Shown here: piece after piece, positions 9,253 to 21,890 of the stretch
How the letters are laid out: each line of letters opens with the position of its first letter
Position numbering within the stretch: the stretch's first letter is position 1
Source: Macrostomum hystrix
Taxonomy: Eukaryota; Animalia; Platyhelminthes
Direction: 5' to 3'
Length of the DNA stretch: 64,000 nt
Assembly: GCA_950097015.1 (NCBI GenBank)
Contig: CATNEN010000035.1
Coordinates: 930,001-994,000 of the forward strand
The notes under the pieces: model-generated
Told to the model about the DNA's origin: nothing
Database searches by the model: none
What the model saw: only the letters and a program-made list of their open reading frames with translations
Translations under genes and position numbers: made by a program

Positions 9253-10503
9253 GTACCCCAGATGTCGCCCCGATGTCCGCACCCCCACCCGCCGGCGGGG
9301 TTTTGGGTGGGTGGCAGGCCAACCCCGACTGGTCTCGCCGCCGGCTTCTGTTGTCGGGGGATGTAGAGCCGAACCCTAGTCCGGTCCAAGCCGATATCCG
9401 CGTCCTGCAGTTGAATCTCAACGGGCTGCAGGCGCGACCGGCACTCGAACGGCTGCTGGAGGAGCACAAGATCGACATAGCCCTCCTGCAGGAGTCCAAC
9501 CTAACCTAGAATGAGTCCACACCGAAGTTCCGCGGCTACACAGACCATCGCTGCGACCGGGTCTGGTGCCAGCAGTATCACTTCGACCGCGAGGCCCTGC
9601 TGGTGAGTACCCACCCCGTTGAGAACACCGAGGCCTTCCGGAACACTGTTCAGCTCCAGGTCGGCGGGCAGACGATTAGTTGCCGGAAGGAGGTGCGCAT
9701 CCTGGGGGTGTCCGTTGACTCCCAGGTCACCTTCGCCGAGCAGGCCCGCCGCGCGCTGGCTGCCATGCGGAGCCGTCTCATCGCCCTGCGAGCCGTGGCT
9801 TCCCGCCGGTGGGGAGCCGACGCGGAAATGCTTCATCGGCTCTTCATCGCCAGGGCCGCCCTCCGTCGCCAGGGACGGGCTGCCGAATTGGCCGAGTAAA
9901 ACATTGGCCGAGGGAAACCATCACATAAAAGTAATGGTTTCCCGATGGATATTCAGATTGATATTCGATGAATCAAAATTCTATAAAATTAAACAAACTC
10001 GGAGTGTCGACACTTTATATTCTCCATACAGCAACCGAGATATGATACCGTGACAAATTTCTACCAAATTGGACTGGTAGTTTCGGAGATAATCACCTGT
10101 ACGTGGTGCTCGCCATCTCTGTAATGTACCGGCTGGTACCGGCGGACCACCCCATAGGCTTTGCGGCGGAGCACAGCTCATCCACCGGCCAGACTGGCCG
10201 CGGGCGGCCGAGGTGGCGCTGTACCAGCTTCGGGCGAACCGTGCGCCCTTCCTGCAGGCCACCCGGCATCGCTGGGGCCGCGCCCCAACCGTTGCCTGCC
10301 CGCACTGCAATGCCCCCAAAGAGGACACCTGGCACTTCCTGTTCGACTGCCCCAGGTGGGCGGAGGAGCGCCGGATTCACCTCCCAGGGGCCATCAACCG
10401 TTCTATGTCCCCGCTGCAGGAGGACCCAGAAGGGGTGCGGACCTTCGTCGAGGTGTCGGGTGCGCTGGCGCGCCCACCGTATGCCTAGCGAGGGATCCGA
10501 ACC

Positions 10504-10540
<37 letters not shown>
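9185..10540 (+). mobile_element. Ingi-like non-LTR retrotransposon, internally deleted, inserted into the Gypsy integrase
   Basis: 5' HDV-like fold, then LLLSGDVEPNPSP (2A-like) and the APE start IRVLQLNLNGL...IDIALLQES. RT domain 7 VRILGVSVDSQVTF...WGAD follows, then C-terminal LYQLRAN...CPHC...EDTWHFLFDCP* and a (CA)n tail. ACCGCC(T) occurs at both junctions (9177-9183, 10541-10547). Confidence 0.8.
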
Positions 10541-10543
<3 letters not shown>

Positions 10544-10737
10544 GCCTGCACGTGGATTTTTCCGGCCCTGTCCGAGGTCGCCAGTTCCTGTTGGTGGTCG
10601 ATGCCCACTCAAAGTGGCCGCACGTAGAGCCGGTGTCTTTGCTAGGGTCCGGTGAGCTCATCCGCAAGCTGAGAAGCCTGTTTTCACAGTGGGGCCTACC
10701 CAAGGAACTGGTGTCCGACGATGGTCCGGCGTTCAGC
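10541..10737 (+). mobile_element. Gypsy integrase catalytic-core fragment (right part, continues 8967-9170)
   Basis: RLHVDFSGPVRGRQFLLVVDAHSKWP...LRSLFSQWGLPKELVSDDGPAFS, truncated after the second Asp region. Confidence 0.88.
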
Positions 10738-12010
10738 ACATATATTGGCAAAATAAATATATTGGCAAAACTAACAGCCAAAAAATTATTAACTTACGTG
10801 GTTGCATTAAAATCTTGCCAATATATTTAGCTAATTTGTTAATTCAAACAACTTAGGCCAAATTAAGAATATTTAGCTATCATATTGTGAGCCATTAAAT
10901 GTGCTAGTCTATAGTCTATATAGATTCAAGACACTATTATATAATATATATATACGTGAAAATAAGACTTTTATAAACAAAGCTATATAAAAACAATGGA
11001 GCTTAATGTTGGGCATGCTGTACTAAGATAAACGGATTTGTACTTGCTCCAGATCAAAAGCAATAGTTGATTATGTGCTGAAAAAAATGACTTTTTCCTA
11101 TCTCCGCAGTGTATTTTTTTCCAGGAAATCGGCCTTCTAAAAATTTACACGATCTTTGAGTTTCCCGTCCTGTTATACTACAGTGGTCCTTGGTTCTATC
11201 ATCGAATAACACTTGCTGCTACACTCGAAAAAACTTAAACTCTTTTCTCACAGCATGAAAAGTAATAAGAATGCTTATCAAATATTAGCTTTGACAGTAG
11301 CTAATAAAAGCGCTTACTATTTATACTCGAGCCCACAAAGCCTGATAAAAAAAATAATAAACAGGAACTTACGTTTTCAACTGTTACTGATAAAATATTA
11401 CAAGAAATACAAGCAGTAACAAAACTGATGCTGAAATTTGACCTGCATGCATTCTGCAGAAATAATAAAAGTACTTTACTACGGAGCTAGATGAAAAGAA
11501 AGCGGCACAATGATCGAAATCAAGATAAGGTTTGACAATATATAGGCTGCAGTTTTCATGGACAGAAAGGAGGAGGAGAGATCTCGCTATAAGTGAGAAA
11601 TATAAGAGCCCAATCATTTAAATCTGCTGTATGTACGTTTTACCTATTGAAATCAAATCTCACTCAATCAGCTATGCGACCAGCTATAACTCACGTACGG
11701 TGCGGAAAGTCGTGACGCAATCCCATTCAATTGAGAGCATTGGCCCTCTGTACTACTAACGCACGCGCGGATGAGAAAAGCACCGATGCAATCTAATAAA
11801 ACTTAAATGTATAGTAGAAAATAACTGCTTTTTCAAATATTTACTGCCTTCAGAATGAAGCAATGCTAAGAAAATTAACGTGTACCATAATGTACCATTA
11901 TTCAAGAGAGCGAATCTTTTGGAGAAAGAATCGCGAAAATCGGACAACGCGTTCGCTAGAACAACGACAAGACCACTTTGTTTACATGGATCAGTGAATG
12001 GGCGCGTTGT

Positions 12011-12175
12011 TTTTCGGCCTAGTTGGCTAAGATGAATAGTTGGTGTCGCTTTTTCAGCCTTTGAAGTGTATACAGCTTACAGCTGAAAGGTTAGCCCACA
12101 GCATAATTCTCGTCAAGATTTGACTTGCGCTACTCGTCCTTAAGCTAGGATCAATGGTTGGTGTGGCTTTGTGGC
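12011..12175 (+). repeat. Degenerate U2-5'-derived units
   Basis: TTTTCGGCCTAGTTGGCTAAGATGAATAGTTGGTGTCGCTTTTTCAGCCTT and AAGCTAGGATCAATGGTTGGTGTGGCTTT. Confidence 0.6.
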
Positions 12176-12289
12176 ATTTTTCGTTCCGATTATTAGGTGG
12201 TTGTTGCTTTTTTGGACTTGTCGTGTGTTAGATTGCGTTGTCATTTCTTGGCAATTTTGGCTCAGAGCAATTGTGTGTGTGTAGTTTTT

Positions 12290-12835
12290 CGGCACTTATT
12301 GTCTTTGACTTACTTGACTTAGCTGCAGGGTGGTCCATGGACGCAGCGGGGAGGCGAGGGTCGCCCATACCGCTAACCCCTGTAGGCCCGCAGACAGGCA
12401 AGGGCGCGTGGCCGGTCAGGGTGGTCCGCCGGTCCGTCCTGCAGCGTTGTCTTCCGTAGGGAAGAAAGTGGCTCGTCTTGTTGCACGAAGGAACTGGACG
12501 AGCCGTGGAATGCTGTCGGGCTGGCAGATCTCGTCCATGGACGGGTTGGGCCCGAGGTAGCGTAGACGGTCTCTGTTAAAGAAAGGGCAGTGACACACAA
12601 AGTGCTCAGCATCTTCGATGTCATACTCACAGAATGGGCAGAGTTCGATCACTCTCAAGGTCGCCCCGGAGGAAACGCAGTGCCTAGCGAGGTAGCCGTA
12701 GCCCGTGAGGGTCATGGCGAGGGCGCGGATATCCTTCCGGTTTTGGTTCAAAAGGATGTTCCTGAGCCTGCGAGACGGGCGCGGAACTGGGCACTTATTG
12801 TCTCTGATTACAAGGTTAAGGACCACTACTTTAGT
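12290..12835 (-). mobile_element. 5'-truncated LINE 3' end (I/Loa/R1-group C-terminal CCHC zinc knuckle)
   Basis: LTGYGYLARH...CPFCEYDIEDAEHFVCHCPFFNRDRLRYLG, then a GC-rich 3' UTR ending in TAAGTCAAGTAAGTCAA. Confidence 0.75.
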
Positions 12836-12936
12836 AGCCTTTAGTAGCCTTAGCCTTCTCTGATCAAAGGGTGTTTTCGCTGCTTTGTCGCTTTGGTTCC
12901 TTTAATTTGACGATTGCGGCGAATCCATTACTGCAG

Positions 12937-15220
12937 CTGAAATGCCAGTCGCGCGGGCCACGGTCAGCGAAACGCTCATTGAAGTCATCCTTGATGTTGT
13001 TGATCAAGTGGTTCACTCGACCTCCTGCTCTTTTATCACCTACATGGCAGCCTGGCGGTTATTTCGCGTCCTTCGCAACCAGGCTCACATTGACTTGAAC
13101 TCGATGGCCGTGGCCGGCAACGCTTTTACTCTGCTCCGAGGTAGCAGACATTTGAATTCGTTCTTTGCCTAAAATCCACGCAGCTATATATGCTGCGTTT
13201 AACCAGCATCTACAGAGTCTGCGAACTTATCTGTTCGATTGTCTGCTTCAGTAGAAAAACGTGCCAGAAGCCTTTTGACTCAAGGACCAATAATATTATA
13301 TTGATATTCTGTTTCATAACTCTGGTTAGTCAGCACTTCAGGGTTATTAGCTTCAATAATATTTAACGATATGATGCAACACAAAGAGGCAATATTAAGC
13401 GGTGCACTTATAGAATTGAGCTACATAATTTTCTTTAAGAAGTTCTGCGGCACACTTTGAAGTCTTTTCTCCAGTGGCCGGCCAGTTTTTGTTTTTTTAT
13501 AGTGAGCGGAGGTGTAAATAGTTTACATTTTAAACCATCATTTTAGAGGAAACGAAAGTTTGATTCAAATCAACCAAGATCCATTGACATTGATTCTCAT
13601 GTGTTTCTAGTCTTGAAATTCTAGTCATTTTTTCACTTCTTTGTTTACTTACCTTCGTGGTAAAGTGCAGCTGATTTTATGTAGCTTGTGTAGCAATAAC
13701 TGGTATTTTGCATTTAGATTACTGAAGACATGGAAAGGCTATCTTTGGGATTCGCGGGATGGCTTCAAACTGGAGGTAGGACTTTTTCTGCTGGCTAAAG
13801 TCTAAATAATCGTTTTAATGAATTAGCGCCTATGCAGTTCTGTGTTAGTATTTTAAATTAAATATTGACTCATCATACTTTCTTTTATGGATTTTTCATA
13901 CAATACATATTTTTTAGAAATTCACTTTAAAGTGAAGATCACACAAGTTCTAACAACTGCAAGTAGCTATATGTAAATAAATGTATGAAAGGCCAACTAG
14001 AAAAATATGTATAGCTTCTAATCATCTATCTTTGAATTCTCATGCAAAGGCCTGAGGTTAAGTTCCAAGGGGCTTGTTCTTTATTTCTTAATATATTACT
14101 TCTTCACTTATTCCATATTTTTCTCTGGAAAATGATCACTGGCCCAGTTTTTATCTGGCTTTTTATTTTTTACTTTTTTTTGTAGTTGATGTAATATTTT
14201 TATTCTTTAGTCTGCAAGCATGCTCATAGTGCTAGGCTTAGCTATAGCTAGCTAATGAAATTATTTGGCTCATTTCTATAGGAAGATATTTTGTACTGTA
14301 TTTTTGCCATGCTCTAATGTATAAGTTCTTTGGTCTATAATTTTGCCAAATCCAATCTTAATAATAATGCATTTAAATATGAACTAGTTTCATTGCACCT
14401 TACTGGAAATATTGTAGGCCTAGTATTTGTGTTAAACAAAGTACTAAATTTCAGTACTAGAGAGGTTGTAGCCTAGTGGTTATGGCATCACACTCACAAC
14501 TTGAAGGTCGGGGGTTCGATTCCCAACACCACTGAAACAATTTGTGTCCTTTAGCAAGAAACTTAACTCTCCATTGCTTCAGTTCACCCAGCTGTTAAAT
14601 GGGTGCCAGCATTAGATGGGATAATTGAAGGTGGGTGTGGCGTTCCTCCAGTCCATAGACTGAACAGCTATATGCAGTCTTCAGATGCGCTGCGCAATAG
14701 CTGTGGGCTGTGGCTGTGCTGCTGGCTGCACATCTGACCCAATTGGGGCAGGTGTAATCATTTATTTATTTATCATTTATTACTAGTTAACTAACCTAGC
14801 AAATTAATAAAATGTAGGATATCAAAATATGCATCAATGCCATTAACAATTTTACTCCTATGCTATGCCCTGCCATAATGGGCTACAATGTGGTATTAGT
14901 ATACAGCATTAGCCTGCAAAAGTTTGTGTGACAGATTTCTAGGAAAATGTCACTTTTCTTATAAGGTTCTTATGTATTGGCCTATAAATCATAAAATATT
15001 ACTACTACTAAAGCATTTATTCTTTTTGACTTGTAGCTTTGATTAGTTTATAATTTATGCATAATTTGCTCTCTTTTGTAACTTCACTTTTTTAGAAATG
15101 GAAGCTGTCCTAGAGCAAACATTGTGCATCAACAGCTTACCCATAACACCCACCTGGAGACCACAGTTCTGCATTGTTCTTGTCAAATTTCGTCAATTCA
15201 TCTGTTTTCACACTGAGGAG
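12937..15220 (+). CDS. Possible exons of an unidentified host gene (12937-13140, 13718-13775, 15096-15220)
   Basis: Open, protein-like segments bounded by AG/GT. 13718-13775 and 15096-15220 join in phase (ITEDMERLSLGFAGWLQTG-EMEAVLEQTLCINSLP...FHTEE). No family recognised and other exons are unresolved. Confidence 0.3.
14461..14775 (+). mobile_element. tRNA-derived CORE-type SINE, copy 1
   Basis: A box TAGCCTAGTGG, B box GGTTCGATTCC (14513-14523), a central TGTGTCCTTTAGCAAGAAACTTAAC...CAGCTGTTAAATGGG resembling the MIR CORE, and a (TTTA)n tail. Confidence 0.8.
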
Positions 15221-15883
15221 GTAAGCAAAACCGATTTGTGTTCAATAAGAATATGAGATTACGAACTGTTTCTGAAAGAAAATAATTAATCAGAAGTTGT
15301 TTTAATTTGGGCAGGTCAATAGGCAAATATCTGCCTCTCTGTGCAGAGGCTATCTAAGCTAGTTGGGTCCATTGTAAAAACCACCAGTTACTAAGTTCAG
15401 TCTAGGTACAGGCAAACATTTTAATATTCTATTTAGAATTTAGATCACCACAATGGCTAAGTTTAAACAATAGTAGATTGGATTACTGTACAAAAGTTTA
15501 CACCAGTCTGTATTGTATCAGGAACCGAGTTTCGACATATTTACTGTCTGCTAGTATGTGTGACATGTTCGGAGATAATAAAGTAATATTTACTATTCAT
15601 ATTATACACAAAAACCAACTGTTCTGTTTAGACACATTGCTATGCATTCTTTACGAGCTCATCCAAGCTCTGTTTAGATGAAGGTTAGGCTAAATTTTAA
15701 TGAATAGCTATTATTTATAAGAACAGGATATGTTTCGATTAAATATGATTTTTTACGGAATAATCAGCAAACATCTACATTACCTTGCTAGGCCTAATAA
15801 AAGTCTATATTGTAGATCCATTCCGCTAACATTTATCAGCGGCCGTTATTTAAGGCCACACAGTCTTCTAACACCCTTGCATT

Positions 15884-16410
15884 CAGTCTATAGACCCAGT
15901 CTCTCAATCCAGTCTATAGACCCAGTCTCTCAATCCAGTCTATAGACCCAGTCTCTCAATCCAGTCTATAGACCCAGTCTCTCAATCCAGTCTATAGACC
16001 CAGTCTCTCAATCCAGTCTATAGACCCACACCCTTGCATTCAGTCTATAGACCCAGTCTCTCAATCCAGTCTATAGATCCACAGTCTCTCAATCCAGTCT
16101 ATAGACCCACACCCTTGCATTCAGTCTATAGACCCACAGTCTCTCAATCCAGTCTATAGACCCAGTCTCTCAATCCAGTCTATAGATCCACAGTCTCTCA
16201 ATCCAGTCTATAGATCCACAGCCTCTCAATCCAGTCTATAGAGCCACAGTCTCTCAATCCAGTCTATAGATCCACAGCCTCTCAATCCAGTCTATAGATC
16301 CACAGTCTCTCAATCCAGTCTATAGACCCACAGTCTCTCAATCTAGTCTATAGATCCACAGTCTCTCAATCCAGTCTATAGATCCACAGTCTCTCAATCC
16401 AGTCTATGGA
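15884..16410. repeat. 26/28-bp minisatellite (CAGTCTATAGACCCAGTCTCTCAATC)
   Basis: About 20 direct tandem copies. Confidence 0.92.
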
Positions 16411-17744
16411 CTCACAGTCCTAGATTATGTTAGCCTAGATTAGTTCTTTAGGAGTGTGTTTAGGATTGTGTTAGGAGCACACAATAGGCCTTTGACTTGG
16501 CTTTTCCCAATTTGTGCAATGCTAGGCGGCCGAGCACTTCCTGGCCCGCCTGTCTCCGGCCCTGTCTCTCAGCTGGCTGGCCAGAATGGACGGCGGGGCG
16601 CTAGGATTTTTTAGATTTTGGCGATCGCCAGCTATGGGCACGTATGGCACTGATGATGGGCATCGGCTGGGCTGGCTGGAGCCATTCGGTGAGGCCAATA
16701 TTATCCATTGTTATTTTTTGCTGTCTATATGTACTATGGAATGCTTGGTTTTTTAAGGAAATAAAAGCACACGGTAGCACCTTATTAACAGTAGGACTAC
16801 CAAACCATTTCGCCGCCCGTTTCTATACCAAGCGCCTGAATGCTAACAGCGTTGGGTGGTGACTGATTGGTTGACGGACTAGGCGATGGTGTCCTGTGGT
16901 TGAGCTAAGCCTAATATTTAGGCTTGATCAGTGAAATTTGAGAAATTCGCGTCAGGGTGTCCATAGTGGCCTATTTCCACCTGTTGTAGCCCTTGAAGGT
17001 CCAGCAGTCCGTCTAGATAAAGGTAGATGACCGCGAAAGATGGAGATGATGCAGGCACATTCGGGTGACATGCTGATCAATTTTGAAGGCCTGGCAGCCG
17101 CACTGAGGCGCAGTGCTAATTCGTGTATAGGTGTATGAAATACACTAGCGCTAATGGGAAAAATCCGACCTTCGGCCAGAACCATTGAATATCTCGATGA
17201 TCTAAAGAGCTGACCACTTGATTATTGTTTTAGAAGATGCGCAACAAAAAGTTGGCCTGTGCTCTTGAGTTTCGTGTGCTTGCGTTGCTCTGTTCGGGTG
17301 CAGCACTAGAAATTGTCAGGGAGTCTATTTGGTAGTTCTACTGTTAAGCAATAAGTTATCAGTGCATGTACAGTTTCAATTAAGGCTTTTGCGAATTCCA
17401 GCAAAATATATTTCTTTATAGATAACTTCGTACAATAATAGAAACAAAAACTATGACTTCACTGCGACTTTTATTTATGCGCAGTTTACTTATTTTAGAC
17501 TATATTTTATTTCAAGAAATGGGCGTGTTTTCTACGTCTGTGTTTCCTTAGGACATTTTAGCCTAAAATATCGACAACCCGTTTTATCGTCTCCAAGGAA
17601 TCCATTCTTTAGTTTAGAGAAAATATATTTCATTTTGTTTCTTATAAATCTATGGTTTTCGTAAAAAGTATTTATTTCGTTGAATTCAATTTACTTTACT
17701 TACTGTTAAATTGTGTATTTAAGAGGTATATTTAGTTTCTAAGA

Positions 17745-17980
17745 AAAGAAATACGTTTCTAAGAAATCAATTTAGTTTCTAAGAAATCAATTTAGTTTTT
17801 AAGCAATCAGTTTAGTTTCAAAGAAATCTATTTAGTTTTAGTAAATCCATTTAGTTTCTAAGAAATCAATTTAGTTTCTGAGAAATCAATTAGTTTCTAA
17901 GAAATCAATTTAGTTTCTGAGAAATCAATTTCGTTTCTGAGAAATCAAATTAGTTTCTAAGACATGAATTCTATTTTCTA
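17745..17980. repeat. 20-bp AT-rich tandem repeat (ATCAATTTAGTTTCTAAGAA)
   Basis: About 11 degenerate copies. Confidence 0.85.
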
Positions 17981-19395
17981 AGAAACATAGCTCTTACTTC
18001 CCACTTTCGAAAAAGGATTTTTTGTCCATAAAACAGGTTCTATGACGTAATTGTCGAGTTTCTTATACGCTTGTATACTAATTTGTGCATTAAGATATAG
18101 CTGTTCTTAGCTGACTACTACCACGAATTTTTCTTTCATGTACTTACTTTAACAATTTTATTATTCATAAAAAGCATCGCAGTTTTTTGGTTTAAACAGT
18201 AATCGTTAAAAGCTTTTCGCATATTTATTTTCTTTCTGTGCTACTCACATTTGTCGGTTAGTAGTAGTTATGTAATTTTTCAAGATTGTAAATAATTGTG
18301 CCGCTTTTATCACTTTCCTTAATAGTTCGCTTGTAAGTTGTAGTTAAGTTCGAGAAATTCTGCTTCTGTTATTTTATGAAATTTTTCGATATGACAAGTA
18401 TTATGGCGCTGCCCATGTTTGCTATCTGAAAAGCAATCTTTCATTCTTCCAGTCTAATATCTTGCCTGCATAGATAGAATCTTGCTAGTTGGGCAAGTCA
18501 ACATAGACTGATAAGATAGCTTTCATATTTTACCCGCTTTTATAGGGTGACAATTGACCACCGTGCGAACCCACCCCACTCCCCTGGGAGAGATCTCAAA
18601 TCGTGAGGGTCATGTTGACACTTTTGAGTCTAAAGTCTGCTCAAAAGGCTGACGGCCTCACACTCCAAGCTACCCCTTAGCCCCTTATCCGGAAGCGTGA
18701 GCTCTGGAGGCAATAAAAAATCTGGCCGTTCTGGACCTGTCGCGTTGCGTAACTGATCCTAAAACTGCGCATTTGAGAAGCAGCAAAGTTGTGTTGATTC
18801 TTCTGGTTTCGTAGCCGCTTTTATTAAATCGGTCTTTGTTCGCAGCTTTTTTTGCTCAATTCACACCTGGAGTCTGCGGACATAAGACAAAAAATCTTCA
18901 CAGATCTTTTATAGGCTGGGAATGAACAGTCGGTGCCTGCTGCTGCTGCTGCTGCTGGTCGCGTGTCACTTCATTTGCCTTTCGGGGAAGTGAAAAAAAA
19001 CGCATATCTCATTTAAAAACGGCAAGTTGAAGCTGGTTTATCATTTGAATGGAACTGGAACGAATCCTGAGCCTAGGGGATAGGTCAGGCATTCTCTTTT
19101 TCCCCAACTACTCTGGGCGTTGTGTTGACTTAAAAATGACTCAAAATAAATGGAAGTAAAATATGGCCTGCCCTGTTGACAGCATTGGGTTGTAATATAT
19201 ATTATAGTTGAGAAACCCTTAAAAAATACTGCACATCCAAACGATTTATCGTTCTAAACACAGTTGATTCATCATTATCGGCTACATCGTCAGCTTCTTC
19301 TAGGAAGCAATGTATTTTTCAGACACCTATGTGGCCAGGTGTCCTCAACTTTCCCCTCAACTCATCTCTCTTTCTCTGCACTCTCTCCCTTTCTC

Positions 19396-20960
19396 CTTCC
19401 ACTTCATTTTCTCTCTCATCTCTCCCCTCCACTTCATTTCCTCCCCCATCTCTCCCCTCCACTTCATTTACTCTCTCATCTCTCCCATCCACTTCATTTC
19501 CTCCCCCATCTCTCCCATCCACTTCATTTCCTCTCTCATCTCTCCCATCCACTTCATTTCCTCTCTCATCTCTCCCATCCACTTCATTTCCTCCCCCATC
19601 TCTCCCATCCACTTCATTTCCTCCCCCATCTCTCCCATCCACTTCATTTCCTCCCTCATCTCTCCCATCCACTTCATTTCCTCTCTCATCTCTCGACTCT
19701 CCCATCCACTTCATTTCCTCTCTCATCTCTCCCATCCACTTCATTTCCTCTCTCATCTCTCCCATCCACTTCATTTCCTCTCTCATCTCTCCCATCCACT
19801 TCATTTCCTCTCTCATCTCTCCCATCCACTTCATTTCCTCTCTCATCTCTCCCCTCCACTTCATTTCCTCCCCCATCTCTCCCCTCCACTTCATTTACTC
19901 TCTCATCTCTCCCCTCCAAGCTTCATTTCCTCCCCCATCTCTCCCCTCCACTTCATTTCCTCCCCCATCTCTCCCCTCCACTTCATTTCCTCTCTCATCT
20001 CTCCCCTCCAAGCTTCATTTCCTCCCCCATCTCTCCCCTCCACTTCATTTCCTCTCTCATCTCTCCCCTCCACTTGATTTCCTCTCTCATCTCTCCCCTC
20101 CACTTCATTTCTTCTCCCATCTCTCCCCTCCACTTCATTTCCTCCTCCATCTCTCCCCTCCACTTCATTCCCTCCCCCATCTCTCCCCTCCACTTCATTT
20201 CCTCTCTCATCTCTCCCCTCCACTTCATTTCCTCCCCCATCTCTCCCCTTCACTTCATTTCCTCCCCCATCTCTCCCCTCCACTTCATTTACTCTCTCAT
20301 CTCTCCCCTCCACTTCATTTCCTCCCCCATCTCTCCCCTCCACTTCATTTCCTCCCCCATCTCTCCCCTCCACTTCATTTCCTCCCCCATCTCTCCCCTC
20401 CACTTCATTTACTCTCTCATCTCTCCCCTCCACTTCATTTCCTCTCTCATCTCTCCCCTCCACTTCATTTCCTCCCCCATCTCTCCCCTCCACTTCATTT
20501 CCTCCCCCATCTCTCCCCTCCACTTCATTTCCTCTCTCATCTCTCCCCTCCACTTCATTTCCTCCTCCATCTCTCCCCTCCACTTCATTTCCTCCCCCAT
20601 CTCTCCCCTCCACTTCATTTCTTCTCCCATCTCTCCCCTCCACTTCATTTCCTCTCTCATCTCTCCCCTCCACTTCATTTCCTCCCCCATCTCTCCCCTC
20701 CACTTCATTTCCTCCCCCATCTCTCCCCTCCACTTCATTTACTCTCTCATCTCTCCCCTCCACTTCATTTCCTCCTCCATCTCTCCCCTCCACTTCATTT
20801 CCTCCCCCATCTCTCCCCTCCACTTCATTTCTTCTCCCATCTCTCCCCTCCACTTCATTTCCTCTCTCATCTCTCCCCTCCACTTCATTTCCTCCCCCAT
20901 CTCTCCCCTCCACTTCATTTCCTCCCCCATCTCTCCCCTCCACTTCATTTCTTCTCCCAT
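19396..20960. repeat. 30-bp pyrimidine-rich satellite (CTCTCCCCTCCACTTCATTTCCTCCCCCAT)
   Basis: About 50 tandem copies. Confidence 0.95.
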
Positions 20961-21374
20961 CTATCTGTTAGAAGACACGTCAATTCTTTCTACCTCAATC
21001 AATAACGCACAACTAAAAATTCGCAATCTATATATCTTCATAAAAATCGTATTCATAATTGCTCAAGTTATTCCTGTAAAATTACGCACCGACACAATGA
21101 CGCCTAGGTAGGCGGACTCGTGAAAAAAACCTGTCTCGAGTGCAACTCTAGTGTTTCATTTTATTATCTTTATCGCGCCGCCTTTATCGTTTTGTTAAAA
21201 CGCGGTTAGCGAGTGCAGACACTCTTGATTCGGGTGCAATTTTTAGTTTTATAAGTGCCAGAGAGCAAGCTAAATGTGTACTCAGTCAGCTAATTGAACT
21301 AGCACTGTTGCGGGCTGCGGCAAGATATGCTTCTTTGAAGAAAATGAACCATGAATCATCATGACGCTCTGTTT

Positions 21375-21890
21375 TCAAGAATTTGTGGTGTCAGGAAACT
21401 GTTTCAGGAATCTGTGTTGTCCGAAAGCAGTGGTGTCAGGAAGCTGTGGTGTCAGGAAACTGTAGTGTCAGGAAGCTGTGGTGTCAGGAAACTGTGGTGT
21501 CATGCTGTGGTGTCAGGAAACTGTTTCAGGAATCTGTGTTGTCAGAAAGCAGTGGTGTCAGGAAGCTGTGGTGTCAGGAAACTGTGGTGTCATGCAGTGG
21601 TGTCAGGAAACTGTTTCAGGAATCTGTGTTGTCAGAAAGCAGTTGTGTCAGGAAGCTGTGGTGTCAGGAAACTGTAGTGTCATGCTGTGGTGTCATGCTG
21701 TGGTGTCAAGAAGCTGTGTTGTCAGGAAACTGAGGTGTCGAGAAGCTGTGGTGCCAGGAAGCTGTGGTGTCAGGTAGCTGTGGTATCAGGAAACTGTGGT
21801 GCCAGGAAGCTGTGGTGTCAAGACGCTGTGGTGTCAGGTAGCTGTGGTGTCAAGACGCTGTGGTGTCAGGTAGCTGTGGTGTCAGGAAGA
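21375..21890. repeat. About 16-bp degenerate satellite (GCTGTGGTGTCAGGAA)
   Basis: Tandem copies with larger internal duplications. Confidence 0.88.

Noticed and set aside
633-12060. Recurring GATCTTAGCCAATAAGGCCG motif separated by unrelated sequence, superficially CRISPR-like
   Set aside because: Spacing is irregular (kilobases), orientations are mixed, there are no cas genes, and the motif is the U2 snRNA 5' end.
12900-13100. Minus-strand HLINNIKDDFNERFAD resembling a hAT transposase segment
   Set aside because: The similarity is short with stops nearby, and the plus strand gives an equally plausible exon.
14461-14535. tRNA gene (also 24201-24275)
   Set aside because: A/B boxes are present, but I found no convincing acceptor stem and homology continues for about 240 nt into a SINE body.
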